DNA of 53,163 nucleotides from an uncultured Actinomycetota bacterium (GTDB lineage Bacteria; Actinomycetota; Nitriliruptoria; Euzebyales; JAHELV01), in the NCBI GenBank assembly GCA_964450395.1, contig CAYVGE010000003.1, forward strand, positions 1 to 53,163, given 5' to 3'. This document shows, piece by piece, positions 16,689 to 25,454 of this stretch. The notes under the pieces were generated by a model. That model was not told where the DNA came from. It made no database searches and was given only the letters and a program-made list of their open reading frames with translations. The translations under genes were made by a program, and so were the position numbers. Numbering within the stretch: position 1 is the first letter of the stretch; the number at the start of each line of letters is the position of its first letter.

Positions 16689-17189
16689 CTACAGGGCATC
16701 CTGGCCGTCGAATGTCAGCTCGAGGAGCCGCCAGTTGCCGTCGCCCACGTGCCGCAGCTTGGCGACGTACAGGGTGCGGATCTGCGCGCCAAACCCGTTC
16801 TCGGCGTCCACGTGCGACCGGACCACGTACACCTCACGGTCCAGGTTCACCCGGTCGACCATGACGTCCCACGGCCCGGGGAACGCCGCCGTCGCCGGCG
16901 CGCGGAGCCGGTCGTCAACGAAGTCCTCCGACATCACCTGAGCCTCGACCGACCGGTTCTCCGGTCCCCCATCGACCTGTGCCTCCTCGGCCACCGGCTC
17001 CGGGTCGGCGGGCTCCGCCACCGGGTCGACCGGAGCCGGATCGGCAGTCGACGTCCCCGTCGATGCCGCCCACCCCGGCGTCGGGATCCATGACCGTCCG
17101 CCCCGCGAGGTCATCGGCCACCTCCGCAGCCACCGCCACCGACACCGAGAACGTCGACGCCGGTGCGGACGGCACCGCGGCCTTATCAA
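16689..17189 (-). CDS. Hypothetical protein; only the C-terminal ~80-aa domain is convincing and the start is uncertain
   Basis: The C-terminus 'MSEDFVDDRLRAPATAAFPGPWDVMVDRVNLDREVYVVRSHVDAENGFGAQIRTLYVAKLRHVGDGNWRLLELTF' looks like a small beta-domain. A Pro/Glu/Asp-rich linker precedes it. The first ~45 aa are Arg-rich and may be off-frame or decayed. Confidence 0.45.
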   Translation of the reverse strand: MIRPRCRPHRRRRSRCRWRWLRRWPMTSRGGRSWIPTPGWAASTGTSTADPAPVDPVAEPADPEPVAEEAQVDGGPENRSVEAQVMSEDFVDDRLRAPATAAFPGPWDVMVDRVNLDREVYVVRSHVDAENGFGAQIRTLYVAKLRHVGDGNWRLLELTFDGQDAL

Positions 17190-17432
17190 CGACGGTCGTC
17201 GGCTCGTCGGTGCGATGCGGGATCGGCTGGCGGGGCGGCGCTCGTGACGGTCATGCAGAGAACATACGTTCGATCTCCATGCCGGTCAAGGTGCTCTCAT
17301 GATCTGTGGATAACCGCCGTGTGTTCCAGTTGCTACGCCCGCATGAGCGTGCACCACGCGTGCCCCGGCGAGGGCCCGCGGTCGCCGGCACGCGCGGATC
17401 TTCCGCGGCGGCCGGCCGACCGGGGCGCGACG

Positions 17433-17852
17433 TCAGTCGGCCTGCGAGACGGCGGTCACCAGCGCGCCGGTCGACTGCTCGTCCAGGTTGCTCGCCAGGT
17501 CCGCCTGGCTGATGACCCCGATGAGCTGCTGTCCGTCGATGACGGGCAGTCGCCGTACCTTGTGCTCGGCCATGGTCTCGAGCGCCAGCTGCGCCGAGTC
17601 GTCGGCGCCGATGGTGACGGGCTTGCCCTGGCCGAGCTCGCCGGCCGTCGTCCTCGACGGGTCCCGGCCCTCGGCCAGCACCTTCACGACGATGTCGCGG
17701 TCGGTCAGCATGCCCTGGAGCCGGTCGTCGCTGCCGCAGATCGGCAGCGCCCCGACACCCATGTCCGCCATCATGCGGGCGGCGTCCTCGACGGTCTGGT
17801 CCTCGGCGACACAGGTCGCGTCGCCGGTCATGATCTCGCGTGCGGTGGCCAT
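17433..17852 (-). CDS. CBS-domain pair protein (139 aa)
   Basis: AGGAGA lies 5 nt upstream of ATG 17852. Motifs seen are 'AREIMTGDATCVAEDQTVEDAARMMADMGVGALPI' and 'MAEHKVRRLPVIDGQQLIGVISQADL'. Confidence 0.88.
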   Translation of the reverse strand: MATAREIMTGDATCVAEDQTVEDAARMMADMGVGALPICGSDDRLQGMLTDRDIVVKVLAEGRDPSRTTAGELGQGKPVTIGADDSAQLALETMAEHKVRRLPVIDGQQLIGVISQADLASNLDEQSTGALVTAVSQAD

Positions 17853-18047
17853 GTGGTCTCCTGTCGACTGTGGACGGTCGTGTGGCGACAGGGTCCGGAT
17901 CGCCGGTGCCCGTGTGCCCAGCGCGCGGTGGCGATACGCACGCTGATCCGAGGTTCGATCGAGGCTGCAGAAGGGCCGCGACGCCGCGGGACCAGATCGC
18001 ACGGACAGGCACCAAGGCGGCCATCACGATCCGCCTGGGCACGCCCG

Positions 18048-20240
18048 TCAGCGGACCGCGTGGGCGACCGTCCGGCGCATCTCGACCAGGGTGCGCGCCG
18101 TCTCCGCGAGCGGGTCGGCGCCGGACACGTCGCCCTGCCCCTGCCCACCCGGACGCCGTCCTCCGGCGATGCGCGCGAGGTCCGGCGCCGCCGCGGTGAT
18201 CGACCGGCCGTCCCGCAGGGCCGCCGTCAGGTCCGCATCCAGCTGCCGCGCGGCGGCCGCCAGCTCGGTGGCCACGTGGGGATCGACGTCCACCGCACCC
18301 GCGTCGATCCTGGCGTGCAGCACCAGCGAGCGATGGGCCTGCTCCTCCACCAGGGCCAACAGCGCCGGACCGGCGGTGTCCCACCGGTCGCGGCCGATCC
18401 GGGGTTCCTGGCGGGTCCGCCGCAACGACTCCCGGGCGGCCAGGCGGGTGTCGACCGCACGCGACTCGGCAACCACGACCGCGTCGGGATCGACCGGCGT
18501 GCCCAGGCGTTCGAGTGCCAGCGCCAGGTAGTCGAGCTGGGCCGCCACCGCCGCGGAGAGCTGCGTCCCCGTCCGCCGAACCTCCCACGACGGCGCGGCC
18601 AGCGCGACGCCGGCGACGATCAGCAGCCCGATGCCGGTGTCGACGACCCGGGCGGCCGCCAGCTGCTCGATCGGGTCACCCGACAGCGTCAGCAGCAGGC
18701 AGACGAACCCCGTGACGCCCGCCGTGAACACGAGGTAGCTGGCGCCGAAGGTCAGCACGGCGACGCCGGCGAGCACGACCCCGAACGCGAGCAGCGTGAC
18801 GACGTCGTCGCTCGACAGCCAGATCGCCGGCAGTGCCAGCGCGACGCCCACGACGGTGCCGGCGGCCCGCGCGACGACACGGCCGGTCGTGTCGGCCACC
18901 ACCGGCTGGACCACGACCAACACCACCAGCGCGATCCAGTAGCCGCGCTGGATCGGCAGCACGGCACCGGCTGCGACGGCGAGCGCGACGCCCACCGCCA
19001 TCCGCACCGCATGCACCCGGCCGAGCGGATCGCCGGCCGCGTCGCGCAGCCCGGCGAGCACGCGGTCCGACACCGCCCGGGCCCGTGGCGGGGCGTAGAC
19101 GTCAACCGCCGGCCCCGGGTCGGCCGACCCCGCGGCGCGCGCCCCGCGCGCCAGCAGCGGCGCCGCCACCGCAGCCAGGTCATCGGCCATCGCCGCCGTC
19201 ACCTCCCGGAGGTCACCGCCCCCCGACGTCACCGGACGCCCGGTCGCCCCGGCCCCGGACGTGGTCGCCCCGCCCCCGGACGTGGCCCCAGCCGCCCCGG
19301 CCGCGGACGTGGACCGCAGATCGTCGATCGCGCGCACGACCTGCGCCCGCCACCCGGGTCGGCGGGGGCCCGCCAGCAACCGGCAGACGCGGGCCGCGAG
19401 CCGGCGCTCGATGCGGGCCTCCCGCACCGACGGGGCGTCGGCCGCCTCCGCCAGCCGCACGTCGACCAGGAAGCGCGCCACCGTGCGCCGCAGTGCCACG
19501 ACCGCGCGGTACTCGGCCCGCACGAGGGTGACCGCGCCACGGGACGCGAACGGCTGCGGCGCCTGCAGCGCGGCGCTGAGCTCGGGCAACGGCACCACCG
19601 GTGGCAGCGGGTGCCCGTCGTCGACGGACCCCAGCTGCGCGGCGATGTCGCGCAGCAGCAGCCGCAGCGCCCGCCGCTCCGGGCGCACGCCCTGCAGGGG
19701 CCAGGTGCCCACCACCAGGGCCAGCTGCACCAGCCCGCCGGCGCCGACGACGAGTCCGCGGACCCATGCCGGCTGCGCGAACGGCTCGATGGCGCCGGTG
19801 ACCACCAGGCCGAACGTCAGCGCGGTCCCGACGGTCGACCACGGCGCCGGACGGGTCGCCAGCAGTCCCGTCACCGCCGCGGACACCGCTGCCAGCGGTA
19901 CGAGGAGCCACAGGTGCTGGTGCGCCCAGACACCGGCGGCGGTGCCGCCCGCGAGTGCCACGACGGCGGGCAGTGCGCCGGTCACCTCGCGCCGGCCGCC
20001 CAGAGGCGTCGACCAGATCGCGGTCAGCAGCGCTCCGATGCCGGCGAAGGCACCCGGCACGGGATGGCCGAGGAGGTTGCCGCCGAACAGGCACAGCGCC
20101 ACGCCCGCGGTCTGGCGCGCCGCCCGGGGCCACACCAGCGCGTCGCGATCCAACCGCAGCGACTGCCGCGTCGCGTGGCCGAGCGCGCGCACCGGGGCCG
20201 CCCGGTCGTCACGCGCCACCGCCATCGCCACTCCGATCAT
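18048..20240 (-). CDS. FUSC/YccS-type integral membrane protein (730 aa)
   Basis: Two multi-helix hydrophobic blocks are separated by long Arg/Ala-rich cytoplasmic helices. 'LPIQRGYWIALVVLVVVQP' is typical of FUSC-family second halves. Confidence 0.8.
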   Translation of the reverse strand: MIGVAMAVARDDRAAPVRALGHATRQSLRLDRDALVWPRAARQTAGVALCLFGGNLLGHPVPGAFAGIGALLTAIWSTPLGGRREVTGALPAVVALAGGTAAGVWAHQHLWLLVPLAAVSAAVTGLLATRPAPWSTVGTALTFGLVVTGAIEPFAQPAWVRGLVVGAGGLVQLALVVGTWPLQGVRPERRALRLLLRDIAAQLGSVDDGHPLPPVVPLPELSAALQAPQPFASRGAVTLVRAEYRAVVALRRTVARFLVDVRLAEAADAPSVREARIERRLAARVCRLLAGPRRPGWRAQVVRAIDDLRSTSAAGAAGATSGGGATTSGAGATGRPVTSGGGDLREVTAAMADDLAAVAAPLLARGARAAGSADPGPAVDVYAPPRARAVSDRVLAGLRDAAGDPLGRVHAVRMAVGVALAVAAGAVLPIQRGYWIALVVLVVVQPVVADTTGRVVARAAGTVVGVALALPAIWLSSDDVVTLLAFGVVLAGVAVLTFGASYLVFTAGVTGFVCLLLTLSGDPIEQLAAARVVDTGIGLLIVAGVALAAPSWEVRRTGTQLSAAVAAQLDYLALALERLGTPVDPDAVVVAESRAVDTRLAARESLRRTRQEPRIGRDRWDTAGPALLALVEEQAHRSLVLHARIDAGAVDVDPHVATELAAAARQLDADLTAALRDGRSITAAAPDLARIAGGRRPGGQGQGDVSGADPLAETARTLVEMRRTVAHAVR

Positions 20241-20370
20241 CGGGTGCAGTGTGCGACGCCGTGCACGCCGTCACACCGGCCAGTGGCCCGATGACGCCAG
20301 GCGCCACGCCGCCGGTTGCGACGTGGTGATCGGCGGGACACTGGACGTGGTCGGGCGAGAGGAGCCATCC

Positions 20371-21558
20371 ATGCGGACCCAGGTCGCGATCATCGGAGGA
20401 GGACCGGCCGGCTCGCTGCTGTCGCTGCTGCTGCACCGCCGGGGCATCGACAGCGTCGTCCTCGAGCGGCGGACGCAGGACCACGTCCTGTCGCGCATCC
20501 GCGCCGGCGTGCTGGAGCACGGGACCTGCGAGGTGCTGCGCGACCTGGGCGTCGGCGACCGGATGGACAAGGAGGGCTTCCCCCACGACGGCGTCAACCT
20601 GGCCTTCGGCGGCCGCAAGGTGCGCATCGACTTCGACGACCTGGTCGGCCGCCACGTGATGATCTACGGCCAGACCGAGGTGCAGCACGACCTGTACGAC
20701 GCGATGGCCGAGCGCGGAGTCGCGATCATCGACGAGGCCGAGGCCATCGGGATCCACGACGCCACCGGCGACGCGCCCTACGTCACCTTCACGTCCGAGG
20801 GCCGGGAGCAGCGGCTCGACTGCGAGTGGGTGGCGGGGTGCGACGGCTCCCACGGCGTCGCCCGCCGGGGGGTCCCCGACGGCGTGCAGCGAACGTTCGA
20901 GCGCGTCTACCCCTTCGGCTGGCTCGGGATCCTGTCGGAGACCCCACCGGTGGACGACGAGCTGATCTACGCCCACCATCCCGACGGGTTCGCGCTGTGC
21001 TCGATGCGCCACGAGATGCTGTCGCGCTACTACGTGCAGTGTCCCGCCGACGCCGACCCCGGCGACTGGTCCGACGACCGCTTCTGGTCCACGCTGACGA
21101 CCCGGCTGCCGGCCGACGTCGTCGCCGACCTGCAGACCGGGCCCTCGATCGAGAAGTCGGTGACCCCGCTGCGCAGCTTCGTGTCCGAGCCCATGCGCCA
21201 CGGCAGGCTGCTGCTGGCCGGCGACGCCGCGCACATCGTGCCGCCGACCGGAGCGAAGGGGCTGAACCTGGCGGTCTCGGACGTCATCTACCTGGCCGAC
21301 GCGCTGCGCGACTGGTACGACGACGGGTCCGCCACAGGGGTGGACAGCTACTCGGACCACGCGCTGCTGCGGGTGTGGAAGGCCGTCCGGTTCTCGTGGT
21401 GGATGACCACGATGATGCACACGTTCCCCGAGACCGACGACGCGTTCGACGAGCGCATCGCCGAGACCGAGCTCGCCTACCTCGAGGACTCCCGCGCCGC
21501 CCAGACGTCGTTCGCCGAGAACTACACCGGCCTGCCCTTCCGGCTGCCGAGCGGCTGA
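20371..21558 (+). CDS. pobA: 4-hydroxybenzoate 3-monooxygenase
   Basis: GAGAGGAG RBS. Motifs seen are 'VAIIGGGPAGSLL', 'CDGSHG' and 'LAGDAAHIVPPTGAKGLNLAVSDV'. The protein is 395 aa. Confidence 0.92.
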   Translation: MRTQVAIIGGGPAGSLLSLLLHRRGIDSVVLERRTQDHVLSRIRAGVLEHGTCEVLRDLGVGDRMDKEGFPHDGVNLAFGGRKVRIDFDDLVGRHVMIYGQTEVQHDLYDAMAERGVAIIDEAEAIGIHDATGDAPYVTFTSEGREQRLDCEWVAGCDGSHGVARRGVPDGVQRTFERVYPFGWLGILSETPPVDDELIYAHHPDGFALCSMRHEMLSRYYVQCPADADPGDWSDDRFWSTLTTRLPADVVADLQTGPSIEKSVTPLRSFVSEPMRHGRLLLAGDAAHIVPPTGAKGLNLAVSDVIYLADALRDWYDDGSATGVDSYSDHALLRVWKAVRFSWWMTTMMHTFPETDDAFDERIAETELAYLEDSRAAQTSFAENYTGLPFRLPSG

Positions 21559-21580
21559 AGCGGTCCGCGCCACGCCCCGG

Positions 21581-22159
21581 CTACGGTGCCGATCCGCCGG
21601 CCGGGATCCGCTCGGCGAGGATCTGCTTGACGACGTCCACCTCGATCGGCGTCAGCACCGGGTGCAGCCACGCGTCGGTCTCGAGCTCGAGCCCGACGAC
21701 CCGCTCGGCCCGGTGCCAGTCACGGTGGTACCACTGCCGCGGCCAGCCGAAGCCGTGGACCCGCCACTGCCGGCCGCCTGTCAACGGGTACTCCGAGACC
21801 CGCCGGATCTGGTCGTAGCGGATCCGGCGGCGACCGAACGGCAGGAAGTAGGCGCTGACGACGACCCCCTCCTCGTCGAGGGTCACCATGCCGTCGCGGT
21901 ACAGGATCGGCGGGCTGCCGGGTCGGATGGCGTCGCCCACGTGGCGCGCCGCCGACGACGTCGCATCGACCGCCGGTCGCACCGGATCGACGCTGCGCCG
22001 CCAGGACCGGCGGACGCGACCGACCAGCTCGAGCCGCGACCGCTGCAGCCCGGAAGCCATCCGGCGCACGCGCCGCTGCGCGCGCTCGATGCGCACCCCC
22101 ACCCGTCCGGCCCGCAGCCGCGCCCGCAGCGCCGACATCCGCGACAGCAACTCGTCCAT
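21581..22159 (-). CDS. Hypothetical protein with a C-terminal PH-like/beta-rich domain
   Basis: GAGGAT RBS. The N-terminus is an Arg-rich helix. The C-terminus reads 'ILYRDGMVTLDEEGVVVSAYFLPFGRRRIRYDQIRRV'. Confidence 0.6.
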   Translation of the reverse strand: MDELLSRMSALRARLRAGRVGVRIERAQRRVRRMASGLQRSRLELVGRVRRSWRRSVDPVRPAVDATSSAARHVGDAIRPGSPPILYRDGMVTLDEEGVVVSAYFLPFGRRRIRYDQIRRVSEYPLTGGRQWRVHGFGWPRQWYHRDWHRAERVVGLELETDAWLHPVLTPIEVDVVKQILAERIPAGGSAP

Positions 22160-22233
22160 GCCGCATCCTCACATATGCGCGGGCGCGGGACACCTCCGCA
22201 CCCGCAGCGACCCTCGCCGGTCGCGCGGTCGGC

Positions 22234-22854
22234 TCAGCGGGTGCCGCCCCACGGGTCGGTCGCGAGCCGGCCACGGACCTGCCCGGCCAGCTCCTCGTCG
22301 GCGGTGGTGGCCAGCAGCTGGCCCGGGAAGCGCGAGACCTCGTGCAGCGCCCGCACCTCGTGGCAGGACTCGACGAGCAGGAACAACGCCGCCTCGCCGT
22401 CCTGCAGCTGCTCCCCCATGGCCTTCATCTCGTCGTCGTCGATGCCGATGTCGCGCAGCTTGCCGAACAGCCCGCCGACGGCCGCACCGATCGCGGCACC
22501 GATCAGGGGCTGCCCGACGAACAGCCCGGCGAGCGTGCCGAGCCACGTCCCAGAGATGGCGCCCTGCCCGGCACTGACGTCCTTGGTCTGGCTGATCCGT
22601 ACGCGGCCGCCGACCTTGGCGACGATCGCGGCGTCCTCCAGCGCGAGGTGGCCCCGCCCCACCATGCGCAGCGCCGCGAGGAGCGCCTCCTGGGCCCGCA
22701 GCGGCCCGTCGACGGCGAACGCCCACAGCGTCGCGTCGCTGTCGCCCGCGGCCTTCTGCGCATCGAGCACGCCGTCGAGCGCGGCCCGCTCCTCGGCGGT
22801 CAGGATGTCCTCGTCCTCCCGGGCGGGCGCGGGGGTGGTGGTGTCGTCGCTCAT
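22234..22854 (-). CDS. DUF1269-type membrane protein
   Basis: The Gly-zipper segment 'GAISGTWLGTLAGLFVGQPLIGAAIGAAVGGLFGKL' is followed by 'DIGIDDDEMKAMGEQLQDGEAALFLLV'. Confidence 0.8.
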   Translation of the reverse strand: MSDDTTTPAPAREDEDILTAEERAALDGVLDAQKAAGDSDATLWAFAVDGPLRAQEALLAALRMVGRGHLALEDAAIVAKVGGRVRISQTKDVSAGQGAISGTWLGTLAGLFVGQPLIGAAIGAAVGGLFGKLRDIGIDDDEMKAMGEQLQDGEAALFLLVESCHEVRALHEVSRFPGQLLATTADEELAGQVRGRLATDPWGGTR

Positions 22855-23013
22855 CCGCTCATGCTAGACGGTGCCGGCCGCGCTGGACGCCGGCAGCCGG
22901 CCGGACAGCGGGGCGCCACATCACCGCCCCAGCATGGGCCCATGCGCTCGACCGTGGTGCGTGCCCCGGGTAGCGTGCCCCGGACAGGGCACCGTCGTCC
23001 GAGGAGGGGTCCC

Positions 23014-23904
23014 GTGCCGCCCCCCGCCCGCACCGCCATCGTCGTCGCGGTCCTCGTGACGGCGCTGGCGGGCTGCGCGCCCGCGGCCCCGTCCGCCACC
23101 GGACCCACCCGGTCGCCGGGTGCCCTGGCCACGGCCGCGCCACCCGACGGGCTGACGGCATCGCTGGTGCAGTACCGGCGCGACCAGCCGCGGCGGTACG
23201 TCGAGGTGAAGTTCGCCAACGCGTCCCCGGGGCCGCTGGAGGTCACCATGCTCGACGTGGCGCTGCCGGGCTACGGCCCCTCCGGCGACATCCGGCGCAC
23301 CACCCACCTGGAGGCAGGTCGGCGCGTGGACCTGCCGGTCCCTCTGGGCGACCCGCGGTGCGACCGGGCGCCCGCGGGGACGGCGTCGGTGGTCGTCGAC
23401 GTCCGCGACGGCGACGGTCCCGGCGTCCTGGCGACCGTGCCGGTCGACGACGGCGGCCTGCTGGACCGGTTGCACACCTTCGAGTGCGCCGTGCGCCGGG
23501 CGGAGCAGACGGTGGACATCACGCTCTCCCCGGACTGGCGGCGCCGTGGCACCGGCGACGACCTGGTCGTCGGGGGCGCCGTCGTGGCCTCGCTGCGCGA
23601 CCCGCACGCGCAGGCGCGGATCACCGGGGTCACCGGCGGGCTCCTGTTCGTCGCCCCGCCCGAGGCCGTCGCACCGGAGCCGCCGGTCGTCGTGGACGCC
23701 GACCGCGGCGAGACGCGCATCGCCTTCGACCTCATCCCCGCCCGCTGCGACGGGCACGCGATCGCCGAGGCCCGCCGCCTGACCACCGTGACCTTCCTCG
23801 TCGCGGTCGACGATGCCGAGCCGGTCCCGCTGCGCGTCACACCGGAGGAGGCGGGCTTCGAGACCCTGGTTGCGGCGCTGCGGGACCGCTGTGGCACCGG
23901 CTGA
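23014..23904 (+). CDS. Lipoprotein, hypothetical
   Basis: GAGGAGGGG lies 4 nt before GTG 23014. The lipobox reads 'VAVLVTALAGC'. An alternative ATG lies at 22942. Confidence 0.7.
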   Translation: MPPPARTAIVVAVLVTALAGCAPAAPSATGPTRSPGALATAAPPDGLTASLVQYRRDQPRRYVEVKFANASPGPLEVTMLDVALPGYGPSGDIRRTTHLEAGRRVDLPVPLGDPRCDRAPAGTASVVVDVRDGDGPGVLATVPVDDGGLLDRLHTFECAVRRAEQTVDITLSPDWRRRGTGDDLVVGGAVVASLRDPHAQARITGVTGGLLFVAPPEAVAPEPPVVVDADRGETRIAFDLIPARCDGHAIAEARRLTTVTFLVAVDDAEPVPLRVTPEEAGFETLVAALRDRCGTG

Positions 23905-23946
23905 CCACGGGTCGGGCCGCCACCGCGTGCAGCTAGACTCCGGGAC

Positions 23947-24651
23947 GTGCCTGACCTGTGGGCCGACTCACTCGACGAACATCGCAGCCTCGTGCGCCGC
24001 CGGCTGCTGCGCGCCTTCGCCGACCTGGCCGCCGAGGTCCCGGTCGAGGACATCACGGTCACGTCGGTGGCCGAACGCGCCGGGATCGCCCGCAGCGCCG
24101 TCTACAACTACGTCACCTCGAAGCACGACCTGTTGCTCGAGTACACCGTCAACGTCACGTCGGCGTGGGCGGAGAGACTCGCGCGCGAGAGCACCGGCCC
24201 GGTCGAGCAGCGCCTCGAGCAGTTCGTCGTCGCGACGCTGCGCGTGTTCGCCGACGACCCGATCGCGGGCCACGACGACGCCACCCGCCTGGGGGCCGAG
24301 CAGCACCCCCGGTTGATCGCGGCGCTCGGACCGGTGCACGAGCACCTGGCCGCGCTGGTGGCGGAGGGCGTCGCCGACGGCACGTTCACGGGCGACCCGC
24401 GGCAGCTGGCCGGCTTCGTGTTCGCGACGTTGGCGGGCTACCGGACGGGCATGGCCGCCGGCACCCTCGACTCGGACGCCACCGGTGCGCTGGTCACCCG
24501 CCTGCTGCTGCGGGGCCTGTGCGGCGCCCCGCCGGACGCCAGCACCGACACCGACGCCACGGGCGGGGCCCAACCGCCCGCCGGTGATCGGGCGGACCCG
24601 GTCGCCGATGGCCGTCATCCGAGACCATCACGACACGACGTCGTGTCGTGA
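23947..24651 (+). CDS. TetR-family transcriptional regulator
   Basis: The HTH reads 'ITVTSVAERAGIARSAVYNYVTSKHDLL'. GTG start. Confidence 0.88.
   Translation: MPDLWADSLDEHRSLVRRRLLRAFADLAAEVPVEDITVTSVAERAGIARSAVYNYVTSKHDLLLEYTVNVTSAWAERLARESTGPVEQRLEQFVVATLRVFADDPIAGHDDATRLGAEQHPRLIAALGPVHEHLAALVAEGVADGTFTGDPRQLAGFVFATLAGYRTGMAAGTLDSDATGALVTRLLLRGLCGAPPDASTDTDATGGAQPPAGDRADPVADGRHPRPSRHDVVS
24629..24650. promoter_or_regulatory. 22-bp perfect palindrome CACGACACGACGTCGTGTCGTG (operator or hairpin) overlapping the TetR stop
   Basis: Read directly from the sequence: the two 11-nt arms are exact reverse complements. It lies 142 bp upstream of the bphO ATG. Confidence 0.4.
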
Positions 24652-24791
24652 GCAGCCACCCGGCACTTTCCACACGGCGCGTGGCCGTCTAAGGTTTGCA
24701 AGAAGGGCAATGTGGGACAGCAGGCGTCCCACGCACGAGCCGCTCCGCGGCCTCGTCGTCGTCGGCTGAGCTGTCAGAGGGTCGTCACCGG

Positions 24792-25454
24792 ATGTCGCAC
24801 ACGTTGCACCCGACCGGATCGGAGGCGATGCCCCACCTGGTCGATCCGGCGTCGACCCACCGCCGGCTGCGCACGACGACGGCACCTGCGCACGAGCGCA
24901 CCGAGGCGTTGCTCGACGCCCCCCACCGGTGCGAGCGACGCGACACCTACCACGAGCTGCTGCAGTGGTTCGCGGCGGTCCACGAGGTGCTCGAGCCGGC
25001 GCTGCGGGTGCTCGACCAGCGGCTCGGCGGGAGGCTCGACACGGCCAGGCGCGGCAAGGTCGCCTGGCTGCGCGCCGACCTCGCGGCGTTGGGCGGCAGC
25101 CCGGAGCGGACCTGGGGCGATGCCGTCCGCACCGCCGTCGCCGCGGTGCACGTCGACGGCGTCCCCGCGGCCGTCGGGCTGCAGTACGTCCTGGAGGGCT
25201 CCACGTTGGGCGGCCGGGTGCTCGCCGCGATCGCCGGGCGCGAGCTCGGCGTCGACCGACGCTCCGGCGGCAGGTTCCTGCACGGGTACGGGACCGCGAC
25301 GGGCAGGTGGTGGCGCGAGTGGTGGCACGGCGTGCCACAGCTCGTCGGGCGGGCCGACCTGCCGACCGTCGAGGACAGCGCCCACGCCGCGTTCGCCGCC
25401 CTGGAAGTGGCCGCGACCGCCCTCGCCCGGACACAGGACGGCCGCCGCCCGTGA
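24792..25454 (+). CDS. bphO: Heme oxygenase (biliverdin-producing, BphO-type)
   Basis: Motifs seen are 'LRTTTAPAHERTE' and 'GLQYVLEGSTLGGRVL' (heme-oxygenase fold signature). It sits immediately upstream of, and overlapping, the phytochrome gene. Confidence 0.85.
   Translation: MSHTLHPTGSEAMPHLVDPASTHRRLRTTTAPAHERTEALLDAPHRCERRDTYHELLQWFAAVHEVLEPALRVLDQRLGGRLDTARRGKVAWLRADLAALGGSPERTWGDAVRTAVAAVHVDGVPAAVGLQYVLEGSTLGGRVLAAIAGRELGVDRRSGGRFLHGYGTATGRWWREWWHGVPQLVGRADLPTVEDSAHAAFAALEVAATALARTQDGRRP

Noticed and set aside
17163-20294. 1043-aa plus-strand ORF over the CBS and FUSC genes
   Set aside because: It is antisense to two well-supported minus-strand genes. The translation is extremely Arg/Gly/Pro-rich.
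19261-20370. N-terminal 370 codons of the 765-aa ORF ending at 21558
   Set aside because: Only the last 395 aa are PobA, with an RBS plus ATG at 20371. The upstream part is antisense to the FUSC gene.
24696-24791. Longer start (24696) for the heme oxygenase ORF
   Set aside because: The extra 32 aa ('MQEGQCGTAGVPRTSRSAASSSSAELSEGRHR') are not heme-oxygenase-like and would cover the inverted repeat at 24712-24732. I preferred ATG 24792. ATG 24834 (the 'MPHLVD' Met) remains possible.
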